From Nageia nagi (Eukaryota > Plantae > Pinophyta): DNA of 64,000 nt. Below the pieces are notes generated by a model. The model made no database searches, was not told the origin of the DNA, and saw nothing but the letters and a program-made list of their open reading frames with translations. Shown here one piece after another: positions 62,542-64,000 of this stretch; within the stretch, counting starts at the first letter, position 1, and the number at the start of each line of letters is the position of its first letter. Where the stretch lies: positions 96,782,001-96,846,000 of the forward strand of contig JBITNC010000001.1 of NCBI GenBank assembly GCA_050084985.1, written 5' to 3'. The position numbers were made by a program, and so were the translations under genes.

Positions 62542-64000
62542 CAGTACTAGATAATAGGGATCAGGCGTCAGAAATAATGTCAGGCCCCTTTGTAATTTTT
62601 TTAACTTTATAGCATTGCTGATGGTGGCTTGTTCATCATACTCGGTATTGGAATTTTTGTCGAGTATTACGTCAAGATCATGTCGTAAATATCGTCAGGT
62701 ATTCCATCATAAAAAATACAAAAGTCATCATAATTTTCATCAAAAATAATGTCAGGCACGTCTGGAATTCTGTTAGAATACATTTTTATCTTCAATAATT
62801 CTGTCAGGCATATCGTCGAGAGAAAAATACTAATTTTTTTTGTTTTTTATCAGGCATGACGTTAGGTACGACGTCAGGCATAGTGTCAAGAATGTCTAAA
62901 TCGAAGAAAATTATTTTGCATTTTAAAAAAACATATTTTTTTAGCTATTTTTTAATGCTATTTTTAAAAAAGTTTTAATTCATTTATACTTAATTTTAAT
63001 TTATTGATTATATTTAATTGAATTAAATAAATATAATTAATTGAAATTTAATTATTATTAAATTTAATGGAAGTAAGAAAAAATTTAAAATTCAACATAA
63101 TTTGTAAATACATTAAAAATACAATAGGGTGGAAGCAAGAAGTTGGGTCCACTTTGAGAGGAATTGCGGAGTAAAAATTCGGGGTTGAAAATATCAAGAT
63201 CTTAATATGAAAAAAATTAGGATCCTAATATTTCGGGACCTCGATCCTAGAACATATTAGGATCCTAATATGGGTTATCAACTGAGCCTATATCGAGATC
63301 CCAATATTTTGAAGCTTAATTACTATAGCAGGTTACGAAGCTCATTTTCCAGTTGTATGGCTTGTAATTTCTAGCAAGTGGGGGAGGCAACCAAGCGAAT
63401 TCGAGATCCCGATTTTGGTCACTCCAAAGCCACCAATTGCCTCAAAATTCTCCCTACAATGTTTGGGTAAGTGCTCCTTCATATCTACATTTTTTTTTTT
63501 GGTTAAAATCTTTTTTTCCTTAAATTTGTTAAGATAAAACTGTAAAAAAGTAGGGTTTTTTGTTAAAATCCATTTATTTATCTTAATTTTGTAAGACAAA
63601 ACAATAAAAAAGTAGTTTTTTTTTTCAAATGTGTAGTTTTTTTTATTATTTTCTAAACTTCCATCCCTTAACTCAAATCCTTTGGGTGAGACTCCAAGGG
63701 ATCCTCCTTTATGTTTAGCATGAGGATACTTACCCCTCCTTTGACCAATTTTTTAAATTTTAAATAAGTTATATGTTACAAATACGTTTGATTTCCTATA
63801 AGACCATGAGGATGACTTGGAGGCTAAAATCCAAAATGACATCTAGGAATGTAAAGAAATCTATACATAATTATAAATGATTAGATTCTTACCATGTAGG
63901 AAAATCATAATCTATAGGAGTGCAAGAGATGCAAAATAACTCCCTAAAAGAAAGGAATACTAGAAAGGAGCAAAGTAGTTCAATATGAATAACTAGTAGT
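62542..64000. mobile_element. CACTA/EnSpm-like transposon end inserted in SAUR copy 7
   Basis: Starts CAGTACTAGA (one mismatch from CACTACTAGA) exactly where SAUR homology stops; followed by many (c/t)gtcagg/gtcaag subterminal repeats at 62560-62900; right boundary unknown. Confidence 0.6.

Overview
AT-rich plant nuclear DNA; the PPR repeat style and TE-rich context suggest a gymnosperm, probably a conifer (inference only). The window is a tandem array of intronless SAUR (small auxin-up RNA) genes, all on the minus strand. It holds four intact 158-aa copies (6904, 22292, 34347, 43628), one copy with a frameshifted C-terminus (49359), one pseudogene (17819-18269), a 3' stub cut by a CACTA-like insertion (~62500), and the upstream region of a further copy lying left of the window. 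The amplified unit is larger than the gene: SAUR(-), a promoter with TATA plus an NDE-like CACATG/TGTCTC module, an AT-rich minisatellite, a divergent PLS-class PPR pseudogene(+), and a spacer. Overlaid on this are a large segmental duplication (799-14919 vs 23689-42600, with a ~5 kb deletion in the left copy), a degenerate Ty1/copia element, solo LTRs, Helitron-, SINE-, MITE- and CACTA-like elements, a captured PMT-type methyltransferase exon, three 'empty' SAUR units that keep flanks but lost the gene, and one stretch that looks like an unpolished assembly error. I cannot support a genuinely new molecular machine here. The best leads are regulatory or evolutionary: the SAUR/PPR head-to-head module, the ghost units, and the inverted PPR fragments.
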